Below are positions 17,111 through 34,365 of a DNA stretch of 64,000 nucleotides, one piece after another. The notes beneath the pieces are model-generated. The model saw nothing but the letters and a program-made list of their open reading frames with translations. It did not search any database and had not been told where the DNA came from. The stretch is taken from NCBI RefSeq assembly GCF_009914755.1, contig NC_060926.1; one strand, written 5' to 3'. The position numbers and the translations under genes were made by a program. The DNA is from the human T2T-CHM13v2.0 reference genome, Homo sapiens. Every line of letters begins with the position of its first letter. The stretch's first letter is position 1.

Positions 17111-17460
17111 AAGAAAGGAGCTTTAGATAAATAAAATGATTAAACATTTGTAGCATGTAGAATGAAACTATTCCCTTAGTAATACTCAAATTATCCAGAT
17201 TTCCAAGATGTTGGTAGCACCCCGAGAGCTTCAAAAGGGAAATTAAAAGAAAAACGACGTTACCCTTCCTGAAACACAGATTCACTGTTTGCCATATTCT
17301 TTTCTCTAGTAAAAGATGAATAAAGTTTCCTCTGGAAAAACTAAAAACAATCTGAGGTATATTTCAGAGAAAACAAAATTGCTTGATAAAAATGCCATGT
17401 TAACAACTGAGGAAATTATTTTACATATATTAATTTTAACACAGGAATAATATGTCAAAC

Positions 17461-17590
17461 CAGGATTTCTCAACCTCAGCACTATCGACATTTTAAGCTG
17501 TATAGTTTTTGGTGTGGGAGGCTGTCCTGTATATTGTAGAATGTTTAGTGGCAGCCCTGGCCTCTACCCAAGAGGCCAGTAGGACCCACC
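17461..17590. mobile_element. MER20-like hAT DNA transposon fragment, truncated
   Basis: cagg...ttctcaacctcagcactatcgacatttt...ggctgtcctgtatattgtagaatgtttag resembles the MER20 5' part. Confidence 0.7.
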
Positions 17591-17873
17591 TCCTCATTCA
17601 AGCTAATGCACTAAATTTTTCCCTTCATTGACAAATCCCATTAATGCATGTATTTATCCCATTAGTGACTCTCTTGTGTTCCAGGTACTTTGTTAGGCAC
17701 CAGAGAAAATATGATAAAGCAAAACAGCTATTTTCCTCACTCTCATGGTGCTTACAGCCATGGTGGGAAAAATCCATAGGAAAAGACTCACATACACAAA
17801 TGCAGGCAGAATAAAAAAACTCACACAAACAAATGTTGCAGATGTTGTTAAGTTACATAAAGGAGATATGCAC

Positions 17874-20032
<2,159 letters not shown>

Positions 20033-22248
20033 AATTTCAGTTTGAAAATTGCCTTTTGTCTACTGAACATGAGACTGCTTGGAAACTGGGCAACGTGGAT
20101 TTTTATAAGTTGTACAAAGCACTTAGCAATTTTCAAACCTCTCCATCCTGCAGAGCCAGCTCAATCACTTCTCCAGAAAGACTTACTGAGTCCTCTGCAC
20201 TGAACAGGTGTCCTATGCTCCAGGAGAGCCCTGGGCTGGCTCCTAGTGCAGCCGTTATGACCCTGGAATGCACCATCTTTCACATCACTGCCTGGCCTTC
20301 TAGAATCTCAGCTTCTTAAATCAAGAAATTGTGTCTTGTTCATGTCTGAATTCCCCAAGTGAACACAGTGAGTGGGTGCTTGACAAATCTTTGTTGGTAA
20401 TGAGCAAAAAAGGGGATTCTGTGCCCAATACCATGAAATCAATGCACAGAAGATTCAGTCAATCAAGAAAGGTGCACAGACACTGGCCACACACACTGAC
20501 ATTTGTTTGCAGATGTTCCAGTCCCCCTGACTTCCACCAATCCATTCATTCATTCCACAAGCATTTTTGCTGGGGTGGAAGCAGGGCCATACAGGGTGTG
20601 TACATCACAGATAGGGTGGGTTTGTATAATGAGTATAAAAAACTTCTAGCAGAAGATGACAAAGTATATCAAGAAAGGGCTCTCTTCGAAATCACACCAC
20701 TGCACTCCAGCCTGGGTAACAGAGGGAGATTCCATCTAAAAAAAAAAAAAAAAAAAAAACAGGGATGGGGGCAAGGGAGCTCTTTTCTTCCAGTTAGCAC
20801 AAGATTGCCATTTCAGCTAGGGATTCTGCTGCAACTATCTCCCAGACCCTATTCTAGGGCCAGGGGATAGAAACAGAATCAAAAACATATTCATTGTCTT
20901 TTTTGGGCTTATATTATTGAGGAGAGAGAAATAAACAATTTCAAAATAAACAGTGTCATACAGCGCTAAGTGCTGTAAATAAAATCAAACAGAATAACGA
21001 AAGAGAAAGTAGCTAGACTGGAGGGAAAAGCTGCTTCAGAATGAGTTGTCAAGGAAGCCTCTTTGCAATCAGAAAGGTGAGAAGGATTTAGTCAGGCAAA
21101 TATCAGGAGTAAATTATTCTTGGAGGAAAGTAAGCCCATGCAAAGGCCCTGGGGCAGAGTGGGCTTATTTGATAAAGAGGTAAAAGGGTCAGGATATCTG
21201 TAGCAATAGTGGCCAAGGGAGGGAGAGGTATGAGACAGAGGAGGTGAGCCCTGTTGCCATGGTGAGGGCATGAGGATTTATTCTAAGTTCCAGATACCTG
21301 GAGTTAAAGTCCCCTGAACTGGACAACAACTACAAGCCTTCATATCTCAATGCTACCATCTTTAAGCCCCCGTTATAAGAGCTCAGAGGCTTCAGAGATG
21401 ACAGGAAACACCAGAACGCTATGGTGGAGCATATCTAGGTGCCTTCTCCCAACTCAGATCCTTTGACTGTAGAAAGACACAGATTTCAAGGCTGAGATCC
21501 ACAAAACTCTAGCAAATACTGCACAGACACTGACCAATGACAGCAGGTGCTGCCTGTCACCCTGGAGCACCAGGCAGGGTTCCAAAGCACCCTTGCTGTG
21601 CCAGCCTCTGATTGCTGGTTATAGGGAGGTCTGGGGTAGTCCCAAAAGCTGGGATGTGCAAGGCAGCTGGGGTCAGTCAGGAGGCTCAGGGCAGTGGCAG
21701 GAAAATATTTTCCTCCCTGGTAGAGCCACAGCGGGGTATCCAGGCTGAATATTATTGGCGAGAAGGACCATGGCACAGCACCAAGACCTGCAGGACAAAC
21801 TTTGTTGGAGCTGAATCCAGAAAAACAATCTTCTTCTAAACCACTCTCCTGCCCCTCATTTAATTATTGTGCTTTTGGGTGCACTTGGACTACTCTGAAA
21901 CATTCAGAACTCTGTCAAAAAAAAAAAAAAAAGACCTCTCTCCTCAGCACCTCTCCCACTTGGGCATCAGTCTTGGCTTCCTCTCTACTTGCTTTCACTT
22001 GCTCCTTGTGGCAGAGATTGTCCTCAGCAGATCCCTTCCCTTAGGTTCCGTGCTGTCAAGTGGAGGCTAGGGAGCGAGATTATGGCCAATAGAATGTGGG
22101 TGGAACCACAGATCTGAGCCTGAGGAACATCCCACAGGACCCTGAGCTCTTCCTCCAGCTGCTGCAGTGGCCTTGGAAGCCATGTCTGTTCTAGAAGTGT
22201 AGCTACAGATGGAGAAGGCCCATGTGCCAGCTAGTCTCCAAAGATGGC

Positions 22249-22648
22249 GTATTAGGCCATTCTTGCGTTGCTATAAAGAAATATCTGAGATAAGTTAATT
22301 TATAAAGAAAAGATTTGTATTGGCTCATTGTTCTGCGGGCTTCACAAGAAGCATGGTGCTGGCATCTGCTTGGCTTCTAAGGTGGCCTAGGAAGCTTACA
22401 ATCATGAGCAGGCACATCACGTGGCCAAAGCAGGAACAAGCAAGAGAGAGTCAGTGGGTGTGGGGAGGGACATGCCACACACTTTTAAATAACCAGATCT
22501 CACAAGAACTCACTATCTCAAAGACAGCAGCAAGCCATGAGGGATCTACCCCCATGGTCAAAACAACTCCCACCATGCCCCAACTCCAGCACTGGAGACT
22601 GCAATTTAACTTGAAATCTGGGTGGAGATAAATATCCAAATTATATCA
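22249..22648 (-). mobile_element. MaLR LTR (MST-like) nested in an older MLT1 remnant
   Basis: gtattaggccattcttgcgttgctataaagaaata...aatatccaaattatatca is typical reverse MST LTR. Confidence 0.8.
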
Positions 22649-23819
22649 GAGGGCCTTCCCTCGAACCAAACCTCCTGGTTTCCAGGTCCCCTTTCTTGCT
22701 GCTTCTGGGCTGGCCTCCTGGGAAGCCAAGACTGCAGTGGCTCTGATGCTGCATGGGGGCTGAGGCTCAGCCATGAGGAGGCTCGTAGCTGCCACTTTGG
22801 TCTTTTGGAATCTTTGCTCATGAGAGTCTCCCCGTTGGGCCGCAGCCACCATGCTGAGAAATGAGGGTCATGTGGAGAGGCCACATGGAGGTTTTCTGGT
22901 CTAGAGCACAACTGAGCTCCCAGAAAACAGCCAGCATCAATGGCTGGGCATGTAAGCCAGCTGGCATGGACATTCCAGACCAGTCTGTCCTTTTGTCACC
23001 TTAGCTACAGGGAAGGCCCATGACCCCAGAAGTGCCCATCATTATGCTGAATTCCCGAGCCTCAGTGGTCCACCGAGGTGTGGAAGCATGTCTCACAAGG
23101 GTCAGATGGAGTTCTGGCCTGGATTGATGTGTAGATGCTTGAGGGAGAAGCTGGGTTTCTTTCAGCTGGGGTGGCTCTGCTGGGATGTGGTGGGCCTTGG
23201 GTTTCCAGGTGGTCATTTTCCTTATTTGTAGTAGAAGGAATGAGGCCCATATAGAGAATAGAGCAAATTAAAGGGAGAGAAAGAGAAAAAAGTAAGGAGA
23301 GAGGAAGAAAGAGAAAAAGAAGGAAAAGAAGAACGGAGGGAAGGAGGAGAGGAAAGAAAAAGAGAAGGAAAATGAGAAGGAGGAGAGGAAGAGGAGAGAG
23401 AGAGAGAGAGAGAGAAAATAACTTACTTGAACCTCAAAATTCAGGCATACCATGGTCTTTGCAGTTATAAAAATCAATAAGTCACCCTTTAGCTGAAACA
23501 TGTCTAAGTGGAGTTTCAGTTGTTACAACTGACAAAGCCCTGCCTAGCACAAGGAATAAACAATGTTCAGCAGTGGCATGAGAACAAGGGACAGCCTGTT
23601 TGGTGGGCAGCACGGCAAATGGCTGTCTGGAAAATATGATGCTTGGGCTGGAGGGCAAAGTGGAATTCACCAGCATGCAGGGTGGAAGTACAACCCTAGC
23701 AGACGGAACAGCACTGGCAAAGGTTCAGAGGCAAGAAGCTTTACCTGTGAAAGGATACATTTTTAGAACACTAAACATTCTCCCTGTTATCCAAAACACT
23801 GAGTTTCTCTTCATTTTTT

Positions 23820-24112
23820 GGCCAGGTGTGGTGGCTCACGCCTTTAATCCCAGCACTTTAGGGGCTGAGGTGGGTAGATCACCTGAGGTCAGGAGCTCAA
23901 ACCAGCCTGACCAACATGGCAAAACCCCATCTCTACTAAAAATACAAAAATTAGCTGGGTGAGGTGGCAGACACCTGTAATCCCAGCTACTCGGGAGGCT
24001 GAGGGAGAAGAATAACTTGAACCAGGAGGCAGAGGTTACAGTGAGCTGAGATTGTGCCACTGCACTCCAGCCTGGGAGATGAGACAGAGCAAGACTATCT
24101 AAAAAAAAAAAA
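23820..24112 (+). mobile_element. Alu (AluS-like)
   Basis: Dimeric Alu consensus with A tail. Confidence 0.9.
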
Positions 24113-27029
24113 GACTGAGTTTCTCATCATTTTTTGAAATTGAGAGTTTTCTCTGTATCGATAAGACCTTATAATGCAAAATATAATATAATATGCAGCT
24201 AGGTCTCCACAGCCTTCAGTCTTTCCCAGGGAGGGTTCCATGAGCTGCTTGTCTGGTGGGGATGGTGGTTTTGAGCAAGTAGTTGGTGTCCTGTCTTACC
24301 CAGGCTCTTTCCCACAAAGAGTTGGGCAGAATTAAAAACTACTGGAAACCAAGATCTCTCTCTGATGTTGACTTGTCAGACCTCAGCCTCATCAGCACAG
24401 GCTCTAATCAGCTAAGCAGCTAATAAACTCCTGCCTCATTTCATCCAGCCAGAGCCCTGATCTCAGGGGATGATAGTGAGGAAATGATCCTTTCACATGC
24501 CTGGCTCCTGCAAAATTGTGCTAAGAGGATTTTCCTCAAACAGTTTAGCACAGAGCAAGGTTTCCTGATCCAGTTAGCAAATATTCTTCTGTTTGAACTC
24601 ACTGACCCTCCTTTTTCTGAAGATGTATTTTAAATTGGATTTGCTTCACTGACACAAATGGAAAACTTGATAAGAAAATCGGTGGGATTTTACTGCACCC
24701 ACTGCTGATATCAAGACTGAACTCTGCATTACAGCAACAAAAGCTCTGTTCTGTGGCTACAGGATACACGCTGAGCTCCCAGCCACCAGCCCTGCCAATG
24801 TGCTCAGCTTGGCACAGGGCAGGGAGCAGGGTAGAGGGGAGGGGATGGGGAGGGGCAGGTGGAAAAGCTCAGGTGATGAGCCAGCCACATCACCTCAAGC
24901 ACAGGACCCCTGATGGTGGCCCTAGATCCTCCTCTTGAAATCCAAAGCTCAGTCCCTCTCCCCAGTTCAGGAGCAAGGAGGTTTCTGGCAGGTTAAAATG
25001 GCTAACTCAGGAGCTTGCCACCTTTGAAAGGCAGCACTGTGTAGACAGAGGCAGAAGGATGGGCTTACGAGACAGTCCTGGCTTCAAATCCTTCTCTGAC
25101 TTACCAGCTCTGGAACCTTAAGCAAGTGACGTAACCTCTCTAAGCCTCAGTTGCCTCATCTTTAAAATGGCATCCCTAATCCTTACTATGAAGAGATATC
25201 ATGGGTAAATGAGATGCTGTACTTACGAAAGGGCAAGTCCCTGTATTGGTCAAGTGTTTTTACAGCATTGCTGCATAACACACAGCCCCAGGGGCTCAGC
25301 AGCTCAAAACAAGTGTTTATTTCTTGCTAATAATTTGCAGTGAGCTGGGAAGCCTTGCCTCGGACTGGGGGCCAGGCTCTGTTTGCTTCTGTGTGTCTCA
25401 TTCACAGGCCGGTGGTTCCCTGGAGCTTGCTCTTCTCATTGTGCAGGGGTGGGGTCAGTGCTGCCACCCAACACCACATTCAGTTAGAGCCTCCAGTCAG
25501 ACCAGGCATGCACTAACTCTGCTCATGCATCTCTAGCCAAAGCTGGTCATGTGCACAGCAAGAAATCTGCTCTGTCCTGTCCACAGGGAAGTCGCAGGAA
25601 TGTGAGAAGGCCAGGAAGGATTGTGAGCCAATAATACATCTTGACAATCCACAATAGATGGAAGCTATTATTGATTCATTATCTCAAAATGGCTCCACCA
25701 GCCAACCCCTTCTATCCATCCCCAGTGCCACCTCCTAATTCAGGTCCTCGACGCTTTTTGCTTGCATGGCTGCCAGAGCCTTTGGGCAGGTCTCTCTGTG
25801 TTGATGTGTTCACCCCCACTCCTATCTCCTCCATCCAACGCTCTACCACCAAGGCAATCCTCCTAAAACACAACCACAGTGTTCTTCACACTCCCTATGA
25901 TTCCCTGCAACCCACATTATTAATCATTAATCCAATTAATAAAAATTAATGTACTAATCCCCAGCTCCTCAGTGTGGCCCTTCACAATCTGCTTGTCCAG
26001 CCTCGTCTCTTGCCTCCCCAGCTTTCCCCAGCAGACCCCTCTCCCACCCATTCCAATGCCATCCTCTTCTCCCAGCCTAGTTCTTTCAGGCCCTGTGCCT
26101 TTGCACTTGCCCCTGCCTGAAATGTCCTTCCCACTTCTTCTTGAAGGGGGTGAGTGCCAACTCACCTTTCCAACCCCACACCAATGCACACCAGGATCTC
26201 CCCAAGACTCCAGGGTAGTAGTCACCATCTGTATTTCTGCAGCACACTGCACCTGCCTCTAGCACAGCTCGACAGCCCACTGAAGTGAATGATCTGTTCG
26301 ATCAGTGCCGACTTGCCTTTCTTTCCCAGCTGCAAACCACCCAAGGTGAAGTCATCTTAGCCTCTTGGAGTCAGCCTGACTGGGGTGAACCCATTGATAT
26401 GTATTGCATAAATGAACATATGACAGTAGTGATGAAGGATCTCCAGCTATCCGTGTACTCTCTATGCTTCCCAAACTCTTTGGCAGTTGCACTGGGTACT
26501 GGCTGAGTTCTGGAAAACAGGAATGTGAGCAGAGTGCTGCAGATCTCCTTGTCAGGAGCACCTAAGAACTGGCATGACTCTACACCCTCTCTCCTTCTGC
26601 AATGACCTCGTGTCAAGATGGCAGACCTGCAGAGATGAATGTGCCTGGATACCTGAGTCACCAGGTGGAGGAAACTCCCATTGACATGCATCACACTCCA
26701 CATATGAAACCCTTCTTTTTCTGCACTGTCACTGGGGTTAGGGATTATTACTCACTGCAACTTAGCCTAGCATTAAGTTGCTTGACTAATACAAGTTTCA
26801 ATAAATGTCGCTTCATTTCCCATGGCTTCTGACTGAATGCTGTGCAATATCCACAAACCATCCAGATTGTGGTTTATAAATACCACCCTTCACTAAAAGG
26901 ACTCAGAGCTCCTTGTAGAAATGGCTGATGCTAAGGCTGGGGTAGGGAAGTACAAGGTGAGCCCAGAGTGCTGTGTGGTGCCAGAAAGCAAGGAAGCATT
27001 TAAAAAATGACAGGGACATGTCAAAGGAC

Positions 27030-28065
27030 ACATCAATCAACTTCAAGGGGCTTCCACTGGCCAAATCTGGGATGATGTGAGCATCCAAATTAATAATGAT
27101 AATGGTAGATTATAGTCTATTGAATAAAATGAGAACCTATAACTATAGAAAGAAAGAAAAGGGAAGGAAGAAAAGAAAGAAGAAGAGAGGGAGGGAGGGA
27201 TGGAGGGAGGGAAGAAGGAAGAAGACTTTCTTACGGTAGAATGCCAATGAATAAATACAGAGGGAATAATAGAAAACTCCATTTGCAAACATGATCATAA
27301 TAGTTTATTCAAGGAAGAATCATCACTGAGTGAAAATTTAAGAAGGTAAAGTATGTTTTCATTGTCTCATAGCACTTCCACTCATATGGTTTATTAATTG
27401 CAAAGAGAAAAAGTGGTAACTTAACAGTAGAGAAACCCAGCAGGTCCTCCCTTAATGAGCTGAACAAAGTTAACAACACCAGGAATAGGACAAATGGGTG
27501 CCAAGTGTCTCTTGATGTGATACACTGAGAACACAGCATTGCTTCTGTAGCATTCCGGTCCCTGGAGGAAACATCAGACAAACACAGATGGAGGGACCTT
27601 CAAGGACTGACCTGAACTGTTCTTCGGTGTCAACCCCATGATAGACAAAAAGAGGCAGAGGAACTGTTCCAGATTAAGGGAGACTAAAAAGGTATGACAG
27701 CTGGATCAGGGGAAACGTGCCTTAAAGGGCATTATTGGGACTGTTGGCGAAATTTTAAGTGAACTGTATATTAGACAATTATCAAGGACTACACGATTGT
27801 ATGGCATCAACCTCAAATTCCCCGAACTTGAGCACTAGAGTCTTCTTGTTCTGATGGAATATGTTCTGAAATGTTTAAGGGAGAGGAGAAGGATGCCTGC
27901 AACTGAATTTCAAATGGTTCAGGGAAAGATAATAGAGTAGAATAGACTATATAGATGGAGAAAGTAAATGTGGCAAATAACAATTGGTGAAGGTGGGTGA
28001 AGGGCATGAAAGTTCTTTGCCTTACAATTAATTCTTCTATAAGTCTGAAATTATTTGAAAATAAG
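27030..28065 (+). mobile_element. L1MC-like 3' end fragment
   Basis: Decayed L1MC 3' UTR motifs (gaactgttccagattaagggagactaaa; aaatgtggcaaataacaattggtgaa). Confidence 0.6.
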
Positions 28066-29053
28066 AGAAATGCTTTCAGCTGTGAATAACAGAAAGCCTG
28101 ACTACTTGTGGCTTTTGCAATAAAGACATTTAGTTATGTAACATAACAGGATTTAAGAGGAAGAAGGCAAGGACTTGAAAAGGCTCAGTGATGTAGCTGA
28201 GGCCCCAGATTCCTTTTATCATTTTGTCCAAAGGCTCCACCTTCCTGAATATTACTGCTTTATACCCTTGGAGCTTCATGATCACAGGATGGCTGTTATA
28301 GCTCCAGCCATCATGACCAAGTTCAGACTCCAGGAACAAGATGGAGGAAGCTATGTCAAAGGGGGCTTTTCTTGATGTGTCTCTCGCCTTTAACCAGTGA
28401 AGAAAATCTTCTTAGAAGGACACAGCAGACTTCTCCTTATGTCTCATTATCCAGAAGTGGACCACAGGACAGTCCCTACTGTAAACTCTTTCAAGTATCA
28501 GGCAAAAAGGAACAAAAGGCCCCAGCCTGGCTTAAACCAACCTTGAGTCATCACCTGACACTGGACACTTTGTTTATCCAAGCAAAATCAGGATTTTCTG
28601 TTAGCAAGCAAAGGAACTGCTCATGGATAAGAAATTAACAGTGTGTGCCATAATTCATATTTGCCGCCAAGCATCTTCTCAGGCTGACACTGTGCCAAAC
28701 AAGGGATTATAGAGATGAAGATGCAGCTTCCATCCCTGAAAGCTCACAGTCCATTCTCTCAGGGCAATCCCGGTAACCTCCTCATCACAATCATCCATCC
28801 AGATCATGGAAGTCCCTTTACTCCCCAAATAAGAAGGAGTAGCAGGAAAAAGTGACCTCATCAAGCTGACTCGAGTTTTTCCAAAAGCAAATAAATAAAT
28901 AAATAACTTTTTAACCTGCACAGCCAAATATCAAATAAATACATGTATGTTTTTTGGGGGGGTTGGGGGGTGTTTTTTTTTTTCTGAGCTTCCTGTGGTA
29001 TTGAAACTATCTCCCACTTCCTCCTTTTTGTCTCAAAAGATCTTAAGCATTGG

Positions 29054-29350
29054 GCCAGATACAGTGGCTCCTGCCTGTAATCCCAGTACTTTGGGAGGCC
29101 GAGGTGGGCAGATTGCTTTAGCCCAGGTGTTCGAGACGAGTCTGGGCAACGTAAAAATAGCCCATCTCTAAAAAAATAAAATAAAATAAAATACAAAAAT
29201 TAGCCAGGCATAGAGGTGGATGCATGTAGTTCCAGCTACCTGGGAGGCTGAGGTGGGAGGATCACTTGAGCCCCAGGGGTTGAGGCTGCAGTGAACCATG
29301 ATCATCACATCTGGGCAACAGAGCAAGACCCTGTCTCAAAAAAAAAAAAT
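29054..29350 (+). mobile_element. Alu (AluJ-like)
   Basis: Diverged Alu consensus with gaggatcacttgagccc. Confidence 0.85.
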
Positions 29351-30125
29351 CTAAGCATCCATTCATTTTAGTTCATTTGAGGATAATTATTGACCTCCTC
29401 TTCTACCACCACTAGGGATACAGAGGAGGAGCAAACAGACATTATTCCTTCCTCTTGAGGCTCACAGTTAATTGGTAAAGAGGGACCACTATTCAGAAAG
29501 TCCCACACATCATTGTATGATCAAAAGCTATGACAGATGCAAGGAAGGAAAGCTGGATGGTGTTATGAGGCTTCATGGCAGGGACACCAGACCTGGTCTA
29601 GAGGTGAGGGAAGACTTCCCTGAGGCACTGGCTTGAATGGAGAGCTGAAGGAGGAATAGGAATTCACTAGAAGAAAGAAGAGGAAGCAGCAAGTGCAAGG
29701 CCCTCCTGCAGCAGGAGGGAGCATAGCACATTCAAGGAAAAGAAGCCAGCAGTGTGGATTACAGAGGAAGAGTGCAGCACGAGGGCAGTGGCTTGAGATG
29801 AGGCCAGAGAGGAGGGCACGCAGGACCAAGGGGACCAAGGCAAGGATTTTGGTGTCCATCAAATTGGAGAGTGCTGAGCAGGGGAGGGGTAACCGTGTAA
29901 TTGCCTTTCTCAAATGCCCGTTTTACCATAGCAAGGACAGACTGGTAGAAGCAAGGGATGAACTGGAGAGATGAGTGAGGAAGCTGCTCCAGAAGACCCA
30001 TCAGGAGATGACGGTGACAGGGAATTGAGTGGTAGCAATGACAATGGGAAGAGATGAGCAGAATCCAGGTATTTGTGGGTAGAAGTGGCAGGTGTGGCTA
30101 CTTATTGGAGATGGGGCTGTAGGGC

Positions 30126-30748
30126 TGTGAAGGTGTGAGTCCTTTACTTATCCATCTCAAGGGTCACGGCCAACACTCCTATAACAAAAGACATATTAAC
30201 AAGAGAAAAACAGAGCAAATTTATTTAATCCAAGTTTTATGTGACATGGGAGGCTTCAGAAATGACAACCCAAAGGCCCAGGGAAAACTGTTAATTTTTA
30301 TGCTTAGATTAGATGAAGAATGGACAGCCAGATAGAAATGTGATTGGACAAACGGGTATGACCTACTGGGAACAGACTGAAAGGGGACCCAGCAAAACTG
30401 TCTGCTCAGATTCTTCTCAGCCTCTCTGTGTAGCCTCCATTCCTCCTGGGTATGGGGCAGGACCCTTTCTGAAATGAGAGTTTTCAAAGGAGAAGGAGAA
30501 GATAGAGAGTGACCTTTCTAGGTTTTATGGTTTGCTTTAGCAGGAGGGTTTCTAGGTTCTATGACCCATCTTGAGGAAGATAAATTCTGGTTTCTGTGAC
30601 TCACTTTGGAGGATGAAGGCAAGCAGAAGAGAGGGTATGAGGAGAAGGTTGGAAAGACCTTGCTTCTGAGTTCCTTCCAATGTCCTTCAGTTCAAAATAC
30701 TCAGGCTGAGGCACCATGCTTTGGGGTGTCATGTTCTAAGCCCCGACA
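30126..30748 (-). mobile_element. Solitary ERV1 LTR (MER39/MER34 group) inserted in an L2 remnant (~29360-31060)
   Basis: Ends ...ttggggtgtcatgttctaagccccgaca, the reverse of the TGTTGGGGCTCAGAA-type LTR start; left end is tg. Flanks are purine-rich L2-like sequence. Confidence 0.6.
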
Positions 30749-31319
30749 GCATAAGGGCAGCGTTGAGACAGCCTTTGCAGCCTGGCCTGCATAATGGACA
30801 GACGCTAGTGCAATCCATAGGGTTGGAAATGTGGAGGGATAACTGGCGATGCCGGGAGCCTTGAGTTCAGTGTTGGACACATTGAGTGTAAAGTGCCTTT
30901 GAGACACCCAAGTAGGCTGTTGGAAATAACCAGCCTGGAGCTGAGAGGTCAGGTTGAAAAGCAGTGTCTGGACGGCAGGTAGGCCCTTGGCCATGAATTA
31001 GACCACCAAGGAGAGCAAAGTGAGAAGTCAAGAGGACCTAGTAGGGCCCCTGAAAACTCCAAATGGCCAAGAAGAGGCAAAGAGCTACAAACAATCCTGA
31101 GAGGGGGCCGAGGGCAGAGCCACCTGGAGGGAATGTTCATCAAAGTCACACCCTGCCCCTGCATCCGCCCCTCACTCTGCACATGGGAGCTCAAGAAGCC
31201 AAGGGGCTTGCTCTGTACCCGGGTCACCCAGCTTCATCCTGGGCAAAATGAGATCACAGTCCCCGACTCTCATTTGCCCTCTTTTCTGCTTTTGTTTTTT
31301 GTTTTTTTTTTTTTTCTTT

Positions 31320-32090
<771 letters not shown>

Positions 32091-32134
32091 CCATTTTCTG
32101 CTTTTGTACAAGGCATAAAAAGCAGGGCAATGGG

Positions 32135-32600
32135 ACTCAATGGATTTTCCACGCTGCTCTAACACACTACTGCAAACCTGGCAGCTTCAAACAACACAGA
32201 TGTATTCTCTCATAGTTCTGGAGGTCACAAATCCAAAACGAGTCTTCCTGGACTAAAACTGAGGTGTTGCCAGGACCCTTGGTAGAAGCCCTAGAGGAGA
32301 ATCCATTCCTTGCCTCTTTGGTGGCTGCTGGCATTGTGAATTGTGGGCACATCACTCCAATCTCTGCCTCCACGGTCACATCACCTTCTCTTCTGTAGTC
32401 GAATCTCCTCTGCCTCCCTCTTCATCTATAAGGACACTTTGTGATGACATTGCGTATCCACACAGATAACCCACAATAGTCTCCCCGTCGCAAATCTTTG
32501 AAGTAATCTCATCCACAGAGTCTCTTCTGCCAACATCCCATTCACTAGTTCTGGAGGTTAGGACGTGGACATCTTTGGGAGTTATCATTCCCCCTTTCAC
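32135..32600 (-). mobile_element. MLT1-type MaLR LTR
   Basis: gctgctctaacacactactgcaaacctggcagcttcaaacaacacaga...ggttaggacgtggacatctttggg. Confidence 0.72.
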
Positions 32601-33639
32601 AGGCTATCTGGGCTGTATACAGAACCAGAGATCTGAGAATCATCTTGGTGGCCTCACTCTGTGAGCAGAGAAACGTGTCTGTGCTCAGCAGCAATCCCTG
32701 GAGGCAGAGACTGGAAATTACACCTGCAACCGTAGTAAGAGCTTGCCAGGGGGCCGGAATGGGTGCCATACCTAGAGCTGTACAGGCATCCACCTCAATT
32801 CTCTCAGCGGCCCTTTGAGGTCACTCTCTTACTGCCACCAAGGTGCAGGGTGGTGAAGTTAACTCAGAGCAGAGACCTGGCCTTGAAGCCTCGTCTCCCT
32901 GGGGAACAACCAATCAGCAGGAATCTGAACACAAGCACGAGGGGCAATCTGAGCCCTTCCCCAAAGCCTCACTCTTCATTCACTCTGGCTGGAATCCTGC
33001 CCTCCCTTCAGGGCCAAGCTTAGGGAACAAGGAGCAACCAGATCCTACCTCCAAGGACAGAGCCCTTACGTATTTCTGCAATCTGTCTGCAGCCGGTGGT
33101 CTGAATGAGCATCGTGTCATCACAGCACTTGTAAATTTTGGAGGGGCTCCTCCACACTGAGGGAATATGCTTGTTCAGGGAAGGGCACACTCCCCCATTT
33201 CTCCCGGAACCACACTTCTGCCGTGGGACCCTGAGAACACAAGGGCCCTCCCCTTGCCCTGTTGCTTCATGTGGCTTAGTCTTGCTTAACAAACATGCTA
33301 GGTGTGGAAGCTGAGGCCTACATGTAGTGTTGAGGGCAAGCAGGGACCGCCTGGAAATGCTGAAAGCATTCTCTTAAAGTGGGGCCTTCCCATCATGATT
33401 GCTAGGCCCATGATGAGAAGATATTGCAGGAAAGCACGACCTGGACCATAGAAAGGGCAGATCAATGTGTGGGCCTTTATGTGCTTATCCCTCCCACCAC
33501 CCTGCTGCAGACCCCACCCGCACTCAAGCTTAGCCCCTGTGGCTTGGAACCCAAGGACGCTTCTGAGCTGAGGCAGACTTCAGGGAGTACTAGTTAGGAT
33601 AGGTCAGCTGCAAGTAACAAACAAACAAACAAAATACAC

Positions 33640-34238
33640 AGCAAACTCTGGCCCTCAGGGCCAAATTCAGCCCACCATCTATTTTTATAAAGTTTTATTG
33701 GAACATAGGTGTACCCATTCATTTACACATTGTCTATGGTTGTTTTTAGGGTTGTAGTGCCAACAGAGATCTCATGGCCCACACAGAGCCTAAAATGTTT
33801 TCCATGTGGCCCTTTATGGAAAAAGTTCGCCCACCCCTGGCTTGAACAATGACAACATTGAATTATCTGCCATCACAAGAACTCCAGAGGAAGGTGGCTC
33901 CAGGGTCACACGAAGGCTCAGCAAAGTCCTCGAGGCCCCAGGCTCCTGTTCCCTCCTTGGCAGGTTGGCCTTTCTTCTTGGGCTGGTTTCTTCATGGTCA
34001 CAAGCCGGCTGCCACAGTTCCAGGCTTGACTGCCTCTCAGAAGCACATTCAGGCCAGGAGGAAGGGCAGGCTTCCTCCTCACCTCTTCTTATTTAGGGAT
34101 CAAAAATCCCTCCAGGGCGGTGCAGCAGAGGTCCCTTACCTCTCAGTGTTTAGACCAGAGGTCAGTAAGCATTTCCTATAAAGGACCAGATAGTGAGTAT
34201 TTTAGGCTTGTCAGGTCACATATGATCTCTGCAGCATA

Positions 34239-34307
<69 letters not shown>

Positions 34308-34365
34308 GACCCTTTAAAAATGTACACTCCATTCTTCTCATGAGCCATAGCTTGTCAACGCCTGG
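33640..34365. mobile_element. Two MER58-like hAT elements (~33640-33840, ~34155-34365); the second contains (TG)n(GA)n at 34242-34305
   Basis: gcaaactctggccctcagggccaaattcagccc and gaggtcagtaagcatttcctataaaggaccagatagt termini. Confidence 0.65.
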
